Shown in pieces: positions 12,677 through 27,600 of a stretch of DNA of 64,000 nucleotides (its first letter is position 1; each line of letters begins with the position of its first letter). The translations under genes were made by a program, and so were the position numbers. This DNA is from Narcine bancroftii (lineage: Eukaryota). The notes beneath the pieces are model-generated. The model did not search any database and was not told the DNA's origin. It saw only the letters and a program-made list of their open reading frames with translations. Location of the stretch: positions 86,986,001 through 87,050,000 of the forward strand of contig NC_091473.1 of NCBI RefSeq assembly GCF_036971445.1, written 5' to 3'.

Positions 12677-15600
12677 CTGTGAAGAAAAAGCATAGCAGTT
12701 CTTGTTTAAAATAGAAAGCTGATAAAATGATCCAGAAGTGATTTAGATTTCTAATCTTGATGATGTGAAAAGAATTTATGACTAGATTTTCTTTACATTA
12801 TGAAACAAAAATTGTAGATCTACTTTTGTTAACATTTAATTGGGAAAATAGACCTTTGAGTTCTAACAGTTCTATTTTAAAAATGGAAACTTGGAATTTT
12901 AAATTGAGAGCCAAAGCTAATTTAAGAAGATCTATTACAGCTTAATTTTAAAAAAACCCATAATAAACAGTAATGATTTACAGTTTAATAAAAACCCTGG
13001 AATCCAGAATTCAAGCAGCCTCATCAACCAAAAAAAGGTTAAAAAAATCTTTTTCATAATTGACACACTGCTCCATTTGTTTGCCAATCGACACAACCTC
13101 AAGCAACCAGAAAATACACTTATCCCCAAATACCAAGGGTTTTACTGTATTAACGCTAAGTTGCAACATACAACGGGAGAAAAATCTAAAACTTCTAGAT
13201 ACTCAATTAATAGAGCTATTTAGGAATTACTTGCATTTGGCATTACTAAGGAGAATAAGGTGAATAGTTAAAGTGCATGGGAAATCAGCAAAATGTTCCA
13301 AATGGTGAAGAAAATCCAACAGGGAACACCTGTGGAAGGAGAGGGTTAGTGATTGCATTGATTCATTAACAGCTAAATATTACCAGCATTTTCTGTTATG
13401 GGATTACAAACTGCCAGGGAGCAGTCCTATAGATCATTAAACAAGAATAGAGGCTGTGGTTTGCTTATTCTACTGTTGGAGGATAGCAATTGTCCATAAG
13501 CTTCCAGTTACCATCAATACAGGTAGTATTCACATTCACTTTTGAATTGCCTGTTTGGCAATAACCACTATATTTTGAAATCCAATCCTGAAAAAAAGTT
13601 TACTTACAAAGAAGGGTGTAATCATTGAAGAAAATGAATGCAAGTTAGATTAATGTTTTATTTCATAATTGTCCTTGAACGAAAGCATAGTTGATGTTTC
13701 TTGGTGTGAGAGCCAACTACAGAAATCTATGGTTAATTGTTGATTAGAGTTGGGGTTAATCAAGTGTATAAGCAAGGCTTTGAGAGGATACGACTATGAT
13801 GCTTGTATTAAGCAGCATATAGAAAACAAGACAAATCTGAATAATTTTTGTGCTTAATTTATGAAAGATGAAATAAGATAAATAAAAGTGGATTGTTTAT
13901 GGAAGCACGTGAAAGGAGGAAGGGAGTGGAAGTAATGCTACTATCAACAATATGATTTAAAGACTGAAACTGGAATTAGTTAGCAAGAGTGAGGTTTTCT
14001 GGATCATCAATTATTCCAAAATGTATTTGATGGACTAGCCTTCGGTGCTGTTTGAATATAGAAAACACAGCAATAAGCTACTGTTTTCAAATGAGGCATG
14101 TTGCACACTGAAGTACTAAGCAGAAGCTGCCTGTAAGGGCTGTTGTCCGGTTCAACAGCATAGGCCGGCCACTCATCTTGTTACCATAAAGAACACTTGG
14201 GGCTAAGGAAAAGCTATTCAGCCAGCCAGCAGAGGAGATAGCAACTTCCATTACACCATCTCGAGGTACTGAGATCCAAGCAACTTGTTAACATGAAAGC
14301 AGCTGTGCACACACTCATTGTGCCGACTGTAACAATGTAACAGTATCACAATACAGAGCAGACACACAACTCACAAGCACTCCTCACAGCATATTACTTC
14401 TGTGACTCCACAAGGAGCCATATAGTGAGGGGATTAACCTTTAACTGTTTTTTTGCATAAAGGGTACTTTGAGGGGGATGAGCCCTCAAACATGTTTCTG
14501 GCACATCAGCAAGTCTTCGCAGCAAATTATTTATTAATGCTTGTAATGGCCCCATTTGGCTCTTATTCCTAAGAAAACATTCTGAGTGCTGAGGCAAGTA
14601 TAATGTAGACATACAGCATAGTAACAGGTCATTTCGGCCCACAAGTCCAAACCCCCCCAATTAACCTACACCATGGTACATTATGAATGATGGGAGCAAA
14701 CTGGAGCCCTCAGGGAAAATATCTTCTTCTTTGGCTTGGCTTCGCGGACGAAGATTTATGGAGGGGGTAAAAGTCCACGTCAGCTGCAGGCTCGTTTGTG
14801 GCTGACAAGTCCGATGCGGGACAGGCAGACACGGTTGCAGGGGAAAATTGGTTGGTTGGGGTTGGGTGTTGGGTTTTTTCTCCTTTGCCTTTTGTCAGTG
14901 AGGTGGGCTCTGCGGTCTTCTTCAAAGGAGGTTGCTGCCCGCCAAACTGTGAGGCGCCAAGATGCACGGTTTGAGGCGTTATCAGCCCACTGGCGGTGGT
15001 CAATGTGGCAGGCACCAAGAGATTTCTTTAGGCAGTCCTTGTACCTTTTCTTTGGTGCACCTCTGTCACGGTGGCCAGTGGAGAGCTCGCCATATAACAC
15101 AATCTTGGGAAGGCGATGGTCCTCCATTCTGGAGACGTGACCCATCCAGCGCAACTGGATCTTCAGCAGCGTGGACTCGATGCTGTCGACCTCTGCCATC
15201 TCGAGTACTTCGACGTTAGGGATGAAAGCGCTCCAATGGATGTTGAGGATGGAGCGGAGACAACGCTGGTGGAAGCGTTCTAGGAGCCGTAGGTGGTGCC
15301 GGTAGAGGACCCATGATTCGGAGCCGAACAGGAGTGTGGGTATGACAACGGCTCTGTATACGCTTATCTTTGTGAGGTTTTTCAGTTGGTTGTTTTTCCA
15401 GACTCTTTTGTGTAGTCTTCCAAAGGCGCTATTTGCCTTGGCGAGTCTGTTGTCTATCTCATTGTCGATCCTTGCATCTGATGAAATGGTGCAGCCGAGA
15501 TAGGTAAACTGGTTGACCGTTTTGAGTTTTGTGTGCCCGATGGAGATGTGGGGGGGCTGGTAGTCATGGTGGGGAGCTGGCTGATGGAGGACCTCAGTTT

Positions 15601-18600
15601 TCTTCAGGCTGACTTCCAGGCCAAACATTTTGGCAGTTTCCGCAAAGCAGGACGTCAAGCGCTGAAGATCTTGCTATTCTCCAATCATCCGGCACCTCTC
15701 CTGTGGCCAGAGAAGACACCATCTCTTCCCCCGCTTCCTGTAGTAACTTGTGATACATGTCATCTGGTCACAGACAGCGCAGGATTTAAACCCCAGACCC
15801 GATCACTAGTGCTTTAAATGCATTGTGCTAACCGCTATACCAAACGTACCGCCCCTAAAGTATTGAACCTAAAAAGCTGCACAGATCTCAATCTGTTCCA
15901 ATTAAGATTATAATGAAAGGTCACTGATCTAAAACATAATCCACTCCCCAAAATAGCCACCAGGCCCCTGAGCAACAGATATGTGGACAGATTTTAGAAA
16001 AGTGGAAAAAAAAACAGGGTAATTGTTATGGGAGACTTCAACTTCCCTAATATTGACTTTCTAAGTGCAAAAGGTTAAGATGGAGAAGGATTCGTGACTC
16101 AGTATGTGGACAAGCTGACTAGAGGAGAGGCCATACTAAATCTAGTATTGGGTAATGAACCTTGTCAGATAACAGACCTCTTGGAGGGTGAGTATTTTGG
16201 AAACAGCTACCACAACTCCCTGACCTTTAGTGTAGTTATGGTCCCGGATAGGAGTAGAAAGAATTAAATTTTAAAAAACTTGGATATACAGCACAGTAAC
16301 AGGCCATTTCTGCCCACGAGCCCAAGCCGACAATTTACACCCGATTAACCTACACCCCCAGTATGTTTCGAATGGTAGGAGAAAACCAGGGAAAACCCAC
16401 ACAAACATGGGGAGATGTACAAACTCCTTACAGCGTGGGATCCAAACCCTGGTTCTGATCAATGGTGCTGTCAAGGTGTTGTTTGCACTAACCACTATGC
16501 CAATTAAGCTGCCAAATGGGAAAGTGTTTAATTGGAGAAGGGTTAATTATGATGGGATTAGGGAGGAACTTGGGAAAGTAAATATGTTCTTAGCGAAATA
16601 AACAGCAGAACCACTTGCATGGGGTTTGAGACAGATTTGTCTGAGACGGAAAAGATGGCAGGGTGAAATAGCGACAGTTGACAAAAGAGATGGAACAGCT
16701 AGTTAAGAAAAAAGCAGCAAGTCAATAAGGGCTCACGAGAATTGAGAATAATGGAGCTAGAAGAGGGCATGAAAATGCTTGGCAAATAGGATCAAGCATA
16801 ACCCTAAGGCTTGCATGTATGGGAAAAACAGGATGGCAAGAGTGAAGGTAGGGCCACTTGGGAATATAGGTGGAATACGGCTGGAGACAAGTTATAAATG
16901 AATACTTTTCTACAGAGTTCACTCAGGAGAGGGACCTTGATGAATGTGAGGCCAGTGCAGAACAGGCTAATGTGTTTGAACATTTTGAGGTTGAGAAGGA
17001 GAATTTGCTGCATCTTGAATCTCAGGACCAGATGACGTGTATCACAAGTTACTACAGGAAGTGGGGGAAGAGATGGTGTCTTCTCTGGCCACAGGCGAGG
17101 TGCCGGATGATTGGAGAATAGCAAGTGTAGATCCCTCGTTAAGGAAAGATTTGTAGATTTTAGACATGCAGCATGGTAACAGACCCATGCTTCCCAATTA
17201 CACCTAATTGACCCCTAGTACGTTTCAAACGGTGGGAGGAAACCAGAGCGCTTCCCCCCACCCCCAACCTCAACCTGGGTAAAACTTAAAAACTCCTTAC
17301 AGACAGCACAGGATTCAAACCCTAGTCCTGATCGCAGGGACTACAACAGTGTTGCGCGAAGTGTGCTGCCTGATAGGTAATATCCTGGGAATTATGAACC
17401 AGTGAGTCTTGTGCCAGTAGTGGGTACATTATTGGAAAGGATTCTTAGGAATGGAATTTACAAATATTTATAGAGGTATAGTCAGCATGGCTTTCTTTGT
17501 GCCTCGTAAGCCTGGTTAAGTGTTTCAAGGTGATAAAAGAAATTGATAAAGGTACGGCAATAGATGTGGTGTACATGGATTTCAATCAGGTCCTCATGAT
17601 AGACTCGGTCAGAAAGTCATGAGGTACAGAATCGACTTACCTGCAGAAAGCAGAAGGTAGTAGTAGAGGGAACATATTCTATCTACAGGTCAGTGACTAG
17701 TGGAGTTCCGCAGTAAATAAGTAGAGGGATGGGTTAGTTAAGTGTGCAGATGACAGAGGGGTTGGAAGTGTCAAAGGTTGTTGGAGGTTACAACAGAATA
17801 TAGACAGGATACAAAGTTGGGTGCAGAGGAGGCAGATGGAGTTCAATCCAGATAAGCGTGAAGTAATGCATTTTGAAGGTCAGTTCTGGTTGTCTCATTA
17901 CAGGAAGGATGTGAAAGCTTTGGAGGAGGGGCTTAAGAGATTTACAAGAATGTTGTCTGGATTTGAGAACACATCTTGTGAGGCAGGATTAACAGAGCTA
18001 CAGCTTTTCACTTTGGAGCAAAGGGTGACTTAATAGAGTTCTACAAGATTATGAGAGACATACTGTAGATAGGTGGACAGTCAGCACATTTCACCAGACA
18101 GTAGCAAATACAAGACATCTGCAATAAGGTGGGAGAAAAGTTGAAGGAAGATTTTGGGTTTAAGTTTTTCTTTAATGCACAGAGCAATGGAATGGTAGTG
18201 GAGGCTGCTAAAATAGGGATATTTAAACAATTCTTAGGTACATTGGTGCAAGAAAAATAGAGGGTTATAGTGTGAGCTAGGGAAGGTTTAGATTGTGGAG
18301 TAAGTTTATATAAGTCAGTACAACAAAATAGGCTGAAGGGCATAGACTGTTATGTTCTATGTACTATTGGATGCTAAATGGAGTGCATACCTTTACAGAT
18401 CACTAAAACAACTGATGCGAAACATTGCCAAAAAGTTAAATATTTAATTTGCAATGACATAATTCTCACCTTGTGCTAAGACTTGGATGATGTCTCCTTC
18501 TTGAAAACTCAGATCGACAGGGGCTGAGACAATGTAGTCATATAATGCCACCACCTATTGTGAAAATCTTGTTACAAAATGTTTATCTCTGCAGGTACTT

Positions 18601-21600
18601 GAGCCTCTACTACCTTTCAACTCTGACATCATTGAACTTCAACATCAAGGCACCTTTCCCTTTGTCCCCATTTCCCAAATAACTATTTATAATCATTGCT
18701 TCCAAAGCCTTGTGGCATTCAGCGAAGACCAGAATGAATTCCTATACCCTGGGAGGGTTATCCTTGATGCCGACCATGGTTAACAGTTTAGCCATCAAAA
18801 GGAAAAGAACCTTTCAACATTTGTTTTAGAAAACCTAATAGAATTACAACTATTATTGGAAGTCCATAGATGAGGCTATTCTTCTCCAACAGACAGATTC
18901 CCAGGATGAAATTAAATAAAACTAGGCTGCACTCTTCCAACTTAATCCATGTAAACCCAAAGCACCATATATGACTAGTCTAAAGCTCCATGTCATAGCA
19001 ACACTATTTCCTTAATTTTGTCCTCTAATTTACTTCCTAATCCCTCAAGAGTTCAGAGATGATGTGCCAACTCACAGCTTTCACATCCATTAAACAGGAA
19101 AATATGCACCAGATTAAGCACGATGTAGAGTTGATGACTTCAACAAGGATTGGGAGGGAGACTAGCTAATTCGATAACACTTCAATAAGTACAACTCCAA
19201 TTATCCAAAATCCTGTTATCCAAAATTTCTTTGGATCTGAATGTGACATCTGTTCAGCTCTGAAATATTTTCAGATAAAGTAAAAAATCCTCATTTATCC
19301 AAAATGATGTAATTTCACCTCGGAAAAATATTTCACATAAATGAAGATATCCAAAACAATCAGAAATTCTCAGTTATCCAAAAAAAATTTCTGAGCCGAA
19401 CTGATGTCACAGGTAGAAAAAAGTTTGGTATTTTGGAAAAACCTGAGTAGAATTTCAAGTTTTTGGTGTTGGATTTATCTTATTTTGTTTTTTGGTGGGA
19501 ATTAAACTTATTTTATGCTTAAACAGCCTTCCCTTATTTAATCACTGTTTCAAGTGATTTGCTGTTGCTACTGGGCTGTTCTTTAAAATATGACCAGTTC
19601 TCTAAAATAGGCCTGGTCCTGATGATTTTGGATAATTGGAGTTGTACTGTAACTACAAATTATTAAATGTCACATAACTGTGATGGGAGTGTGGTGTGGC
19701 CTGCTAGCAAAACACAATTTATCTTCTGAGCGTGAGGTCGAGCTAATCTTGTACAAATGGTACTTGCTGGGGAGGGCATATCCAAAAGGGGAGCACCAAG
19801 TGCATGCCACAAATTTCTAGATTATTTTAACCTAGAAAATCATTAAATTTATTAACAGAATACTAATATTTTCAATTGCACTTTCCCTAATAACTTTTGA
19901 TCTAATGCAAATTTACTGTGTATTGTTGCTATATCTGCAACTTCCTCCAATCTTGAAACCTTCAGATATCTTAAAACTTGCTGGTAGTTACTCAGCCCAA
20001 CGACTTCTTCTTTTTCAAACAGTGGTACACATCAACCAAGGAGCACTAGAAACGGATAGTCAAAGCATGTGCTATTTCTTCCCCTTTCGTATCCAGCCCT
20101 GAGCAATATGCTTTTAAGATCCTGCACCCTTCAATATGTTGTATCTCTTTGTGTTTATCGTTTTCAATACTTCACACTCTCTTTCAATTCTAATCCCTTT
20201 TCACTATCTCTAGAAAAGAGAAAGGACAAAGTAATGTTTTAAAAGTTTACATATCCCCCATACGTTGGTGACTGTTCTCACTTGTTCATTGTAGAAAGAT
20301 TATTCTTTATTTGACCTGCAACTATATCTTCATATACCCTCAACATAAATGGTTGTACCTTGCACTTCAGGCTTTCTGCAAAACCATTTCTCTGTCAATA
20401 AATTTTCCCTTTTTTTTGGTGCATCGTTCTTCAATTGCCTGGCTGTTGAAATAAGTTGTTGCTACTTTTCTTTTAATGGGTACACACATTTGTTTTGAAC
20501 CATTATTACCCTCCTGGAATTCCTTCCACTGCTCTGAAATGTATTTACTTTGTTAGCTATTTCTAGTCATCTTTTGTTAAATGTAATCTGTCTAGTAAAA
20601 TGGACTTTGTTTCCCAGGTACTCCCAGATTCTGCAATTGCATTACACTGCATGCACTGCCACATCAATCTAACTTTTATTTTCACAAACTAATTATAAGG
20701 AAGCACCTCTGTGCTAAAAGTTTTCCACTCACTGTTTCATCTCAAATTTATAGTGATGAGAGAATACAAAAAGTATAAATGTTTAGAGAATGAATACTTA
20801 CCTCCAGAAACTTGCACCAAATGACCAAACGCTGATTACTGACCTCACTCCACACTTCCTTCATTTTGTTTTCACTGGTAATGGGAACAAGCTCACTTTC
20901 AGCTTGTGATTTGTAACTGACAGGAGGAACCAAAGATGGGAAAAAAAATTGTGACTTGGATTCAGTGCATTAAAAAAGATGCATGTCAGCCTGACCTCTG
21001 CAGTGCGATTACTAACATTTATGTAAATCTTATGCCAAGATTTGATTTTTTTTTAAAACTATTATGCATTTAGATCTTGGGGATAAATTCAGGACTTCAT
21101 GCTATTCCTTTCAAGAGTGTGGGAATTACCTCAACATTTCACACGTCCATTCTTAAGAGTGGCTTGCCTTCATAGCAATGCATGAGCATTTCATCCTTAC
21201 ATTTTTGGAGTGGGTGGCACTGGCAAGGCCAGCATTATTGGCCGGTTCTAACTTCCCTTAATCTTATAAAGGTTTAATCAAGTCTTTTTGGTGAAGGCAC
21301 TTAACACTATTGGTGAGTTCTGTGATCTAGACCCAAGTGCCAATGAAGGATCATGTTCAAGTCAGGATAGTGTGCCACATGGATAATAAACTACTACTAG
21401 TGGTAATGCAGTGTGCCATCAGGCTTGGGAGGTGCTGATGGAGTAGCCTAGGCAAGAGACTAATGGATTTAATTGATGTGTGCAGGGTCTGAGAGGAGTA
21501 AATGTAAAGGATAGCTGATGATGTCCATCATTGGTGCCTCATTAGCCCCAAGCTTCTTGAAGCTCCACTCAGAATGTTCATTTCATTATGTGCCTAACTC

Positions 21601-24600
21601 GACGGAAGGATTTATTTATCGGACAGAGTTGCTCATCACAGGATATCCAGCATTATCAGGACAATTTAAAGTCTTACGTACCTCAGCTCAAGTCTTTTTT
21701 CGGACACGTTGAACTTCCGGCAAATGACACCCATCATCTCACTGAGCAACAGCCCTGGTTTTACACGTACAGCCACAGAGTATTTGAAGTGTATTTTAAC
21801 AATACAACTTTTAGGCAGAGTGCAATTCTTCCGCTATTCCACAAAGAAGAAAATAATTGCATATTAGCACAATTTGATATTACTGCATCATTAGGAATAA
21901 CATTACTTCATGACATGACTAAATTACGAATTTAGGGAATTGTGGGAAAAGCAAACAAGAGGCCTAAGATCCATGCTTTTGTATCATAAGGCAAATTTGA
22001 ATGTCATGTCCGCTAGGTAATACAAGGAGCCAGAAGGAATATTGATGAAACATCTGTATTGAAATGTGCTTAATTATTATTAGGAAAAATTGGATGGAAA
22101 CAGACAGTTTGAATGAAAAGAACTGTAGTCATAGATCCTGAGTTAATATCCTCTCAGGAAGGGTAGAAGGCACCCCTCCCAACCCCCAAGTTGAAAATCC
22201 TGGCCATCTTTCTTTAACAGTATAGTGGATGAACAGTTCAATAATTCACTGCTGCCTTCTTCAAGCTAATAGTCAGTGCTCACCAAATTTTGACCTTGCT
22301 GAAGGCAGCTGCATCCCAGAAAAATATCAAGTTTCACATCAAAATCATTGGTAGAGCATCAGCCTTTCTGCTCATCAAGTACAAATTATAGCTGTAATCC
22401 ACAGACACCCTCTCCATAACAAACTGCGGGACAGTGCAAAACTGCCCCAAATGGAACACAAGAGAAAATAAAGTATACTTTTTTCACAGCACTCAGGATA
22501 TAATCCAATGAACAAGAACACTAATGGGGTAAATATTTAGCAATATGTATAGAAAAGAATTTTCATACCCAGAACATGGCTGAAGGAAAATTGGCACAAA
22601 TCCAGCTTTACACTGTCCCAGCTTGTTATGGAGAGGGTGTCTTTGAGGATTGAGATGCATCATGGAATCACAGAACACTGGGATTTGGGGTTCAGAGGAT
22701 GAAACCCATTACTAGGGTCTGGCACCAGCTTCTCCATGCATTGACATGCCACCCAGGCCTTGTTTGTGATCAAACTGTCTTCTATTTGGCTGCATAGCTC
22801 TCCCCAGCCAGATATTCCTCTAAGACACACATGTCAAACTCAGGCCCGCGGGCCAAATTTGGCCCGTGATATAATTATATTTGGCCCACAAGATCATATA
22901 TGTATTAGAGCTGGTCCACTGGCCGCCGGGCCAGTATAGCGCATGCACAGCTAATACTACAAATCCCAGAATGCTTTGCAGATGCATTGGCGCCGGCCCG
23001 TCAGCCCGCTAATCGCCCCCACCTCCTCTCTTTACTTTCATTAGCATCTGTGACCTGTCGCCCAACTCACATGTAATAAACCCCTGACGAAAAATGGCCG
23101 AACGGAAGACAGAAAACAGGACCTTTCAAGACAGGTGGGAGGGAGACTATATGTTCATCATTTTAAAAGACAAACCTGTTTGACATTGAAGCAAGTTGTT
23201 ATTTTTTTGACTTGTTGGCTTGTGAAAAAAAAAACATTTAAAAGGAGCTTAAAGGCTATAGAGAAATATTATTTATTGAATATTTTATTTCTCATTTGTT
23301 AAAATGCTTCTTCTGGAAAGAGTTTAACCAAAACTATTATTAAACATTTATTTTAATAAGAAAAAGTTTAACATTACATATGTTGAAAGAAGAGAAAACA
23401 TGCAGATGTTGTTGAAAATTTTCAATAAATATTTAGTTTGGCCCACGACTTAGTCCAAGTTTTTAATTTTGGCCCTCCGTGAATTTGAGTTTGACACCCC
23501 TGCACTAAGATGACAAGAGAGAGTGAACATATTTCAGCACATCCAAGAGGTAATTTGAGAGTTAGGATCGGGATGGTCAGATAACACAAAACAACCACTA
23601 ATGGTGTGTTTGGTAGTTGCTGAGAGATGTTTCAGTCCAATTGCAGTATGAAGCCCTGTACCTCTGTGTGGTTGCATTTTAAACACAGCCTTCAAAGCAG
23701 CTTCTCAAATGCAAGCCACGGCCACTACAATGGCACAGGGCAGGGTTTGGCACCTCTTCCCGCCACACTACAACAGTAGTTTTCTTATTTTAAAAAAATT
23801 ACATTATTCATACTTGTTCTGTTGTGACACAAGGACCAAGAGCACGAAGGTTAAACAGGACTTCAAGGTCAACGGTAAGAAGGATACATATGTTCTCTGT
23901 TAAGAATTAAATCACTGGAAAACTGGGATTAAAACATTTTTTTACCTTCAACTTGGAAGCATGGTTTACAGAGTAGTTGTTGGTTCATACCATACACTAG
24001 AATTGAGCTAATAATTCTCACAATAATAATTAGGTTGCTCTGTTTTAGGTATGGTATAATGGCTCAGATTTAAATGTAAAATACATAAGAGACCCTGAGC
24101 CTGTTCTGCCCAATTAACCTACAACACCCCCCCTCCCCCCCATACGTTTAAGGCTGGGAGGAAGCCTACACAGACACAGGGAGAATATACTTCCTCCTGA
24201 CAAACTGCCGGATTCAAACTCGGGTCACTGCAACAGCTTTGTGATAATCACTAACCATTCTGCTCCAATGAAGGAAGAACCAAGTCTCTGATTGACTGCA
24301 CAAGAGATTGTAGATGTTGTAATCTGGAGAAAAATACAAAATGCTGGAGGAACTTTGGGTTTGGCAGCACTGTGGAGGCAATGGAATAGGTGATGTTTCC
24401 GATCGAGACCCTACATTAGATCTGAGGGCATAGAAAGGAGATGGCCATCAAAGCATAGCCTGCTTCCTTTTCCCTTTAACACTTAATTGTCTTTTACCTG
24501 AATCTTTTTTGAAGGTTCCATCACCCCTGGGCTGGGTACATTTTCATCTGAAAAAAACAATAAGAGCATTTTTTTTTTCCCCAGAAACCATAGTGAACTC

Positions 24601-27600
24601 AACAATGTTCTTGAATGTTATTACAGGCCCTGGCACTCACTCACTTATGTTTTTTAAAACCTCAAAACTGGATGTAGTCTGGGGTGAGGATGCTGAATAA
24701 CCAGAATTGATATGCATCACCAGGCAACAAGAGAGCAATTATCCATTCTCAACAATGCACATTAAGGTTTCTTTATTGTAGTCCCAATTTAATTCCTGTT
24801 TCGGATATAAAGATACAACTCTATTCAAACCTGCTTAAATTATAACATTGTACAAACTTGCTATCACCTGAGAAATGGAGCATTCATTTGATCCCAATCC
24901 CATTCATGGTGCAGGCTCCAAGCTCCAACCATGGTCAGAATCCTATGATCACATTTTTTCACCAAAGATCACCCTGAAGCCCAGGTCATTTTCATTACCA
25001 AACACTTAGTGTCAAATTGAAATCTACACTCCTGGGATCACTTCAAAATTCTGTTAATGATGTAGAGTTTCTGCTCATGATCAGTCCTCATTGCTGATAT
25101 TGAAGAATATTTCCACCACTAATCTTAAGATAGGAATTTTAGCCTATGCTTGAAAGGATGGGGTGGGCGAAAGAGAGGCAAAATGGAAAAGTAATTCTCT
25201 TGTCTTTCCAGTACCATCAGGCTACCTCCCCCCACCACTGCTCAGCATCATGTGAGCTCGTGTGTCAATCCTGTGCAGGTCCCAGAAATAAATAGAGTTG
25301 TAAACGCTTAATTGGGGCGCTACTGTGGAGAATTCAGGATCTTTTATTTGAAAAACACAGTTTCCTGCATTTTTATTTTATATTGTTCATTTGAATACAA
25401 TTTCTTCAAATACTTTTGCCATTTTGCATTGATATAATTGGATGCACCAAAATCCTTTTAGCTGGTGCAATTACAGATATAATAGTGCTATCATGTGAAG
25501 CTCCTCACCTTTCACACCAAGTGGTTTTTCGGGAGCTGTTGTCCTGGGTGGTGCAGGGATATCTGGAGATGATAGTCTTTCTTCCTAATCAAAGAGCACA
25601 AAAAGGATTTCTATTTTATCTATAAAAATTTAACCGGGAGTGGGGGGGGGGGGGGGTCATCTTTAAAACAAATTATACAATTAATTACCCAACACACTAT
25701 TTTTAAACTTTTTTTTGTACATAAAATCTGGGTGGGTTTACATTGCTTTGACAAAGTGTCAATGGTTCTCTTTTCTTCTTTGGATTCCATAAAATTCCAG
25801 GTTGGAAGGCAACCGAAATCAAAACTTTTTGCAGTCTGTGCAGAACTATTATTCTCCCTAGTCCCACTGACCTTCACCCCGACCATACCCGTCTAATCCA
25901 TGTACCTATCCAAATTCTTAAAAATTAAATTTGAGCCCATTTCAGCTGACAGCTCGTTCCACACTCGCACCACTCTCTTTGTGAAGAGATTCCCCCTCAT
26001 GTTCTCCCAAAACTTTTCCCCATTCACCCATGTCCTCTGGTTTGTATCTCACTTACCCTCTGGAAAAAGCCTACCCATATCTACTCTGTCTAGTCACCTC
26101 AATTTTAAATACCTCTGCCAAATCCCCCTCATTCTTCTATGCTCCTGTTTAACCTTTGCCTGTAACTCAGTTCATGAAGTCCTGGGAACATACTAGTAGA
26201 TCTTTTCTGCACTCTTTCTATCTTACTGATATATTTAATACTTAGATTTAAAAAGGCCAATATGCCAAAAATTCTCTTGGCAACCCTGTCTAACTGTGAC
26301 ACCGCTTTCAGGGAATTATGTATATGTATTCCCAGATTCCTCTGTTCTATCGGCCTACCATTTACCATGTAGGTCCTACCTTGGTTAGTCCTTCCAAAAT
26401 GCAATACCTCACACTTGTCTGCATTAACTTGCATCTGCCATTTTTCAGATCATTTTTTCAGTTGGTCCAGATCCCTCTGCAAGTTTTGAAAGCCTTCCTC
26501 ACTGTCCACAACATCTCCAATCTTTCTGTCATCAGCAAACTTCCTGATCCAGATAATTAATATAATGACAAACAACAATAGTCCCAGCATCAATCCCTGA
26601 GGCACACCACTCGTCACAGACCTCCAGTCAGAGAAGCAATCATCCACTGTTCCTCTCCCGCTTCTCCTGTGTAGCCAATGTTGAATCCAATTGACTACCT
26701 CCCCATGAATATCTACCATCTGATGTTTTCTGACTAACCTCCCATGCAGAACCTTGTCAAAGGCCTTACTAAAGTCCATGTAGACAACACCACAGCCTTT
26801 CCTTCATCAACATTCCTGGTAACCTCAAAAAACTAAGATTGCTTAAACACAACTTACCACGTACAAAGCCATGTTGGCTATCCCTCATCAGTCTCTGCTC
26901 ATCCAAATACTTGCTTACTTGATTCCTAAGAACACCTTTCAATAACTTGCATACTTTTGGAACAATGTTTTAAAAAAAAAACAGAATAACAAGAGCTATC
27001 TTTCAATCCTCCAACATTTTTAAATACCTCTAAGGACATTTTAAATATTTCTGCCAAAGTCCCTGTAATTTCTACACTATCCTCCTTCAAGGTCCGAGGG
27101 AATACCTTGTCAAACCCTGGGGATTTATGCACCCTTATTTGCTTTAAGACAGCAAGCACCTCCTCTTTAATCTGTATCAAGTCCATGGTCTCACAACTTG
27201 TTTTTCTTACTTCCTTAGACTGCCAGTTTCTTGAATAAATACTGATGCAAATTAAAACCATTTAAAATCTCCCCTATCTCTTTTGGCTCCAAACAAAGCC
27301 AACCACTCTGAACAAGGGGACCAATTTTGTCCCTTACTACCCTGTAGAAACCCTTAGGAATTTCATTCACATTGTTTGCCAAAGTAACATATCTTCTTTT
27401 AGCTCTCCTGATTTCTTTCTCAAGTTTTCTCTTGGATTTTTTATACTTCGATTACCTCATTTGCTCCATGTTGTCTATACCTGCTTCTTCCAAAGCAGAT
27501 CCCCAGTATCCCTCAAAATCCAAGGTTCTCAATGCCTGTTTACTCTGCCTTTAATCCTAACAGGAACATACAAACTCTAAAAATTTTGTCTATGAGGATC

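Noticed and set aside
19900-20680. Purine-rich minus-strand stretch with a strong acceptor near 20210 as a large linker exon
   Set aside because: Stops appear in all three frames soon after the acceptor, and parts resemble decayed CR1 ORF2.
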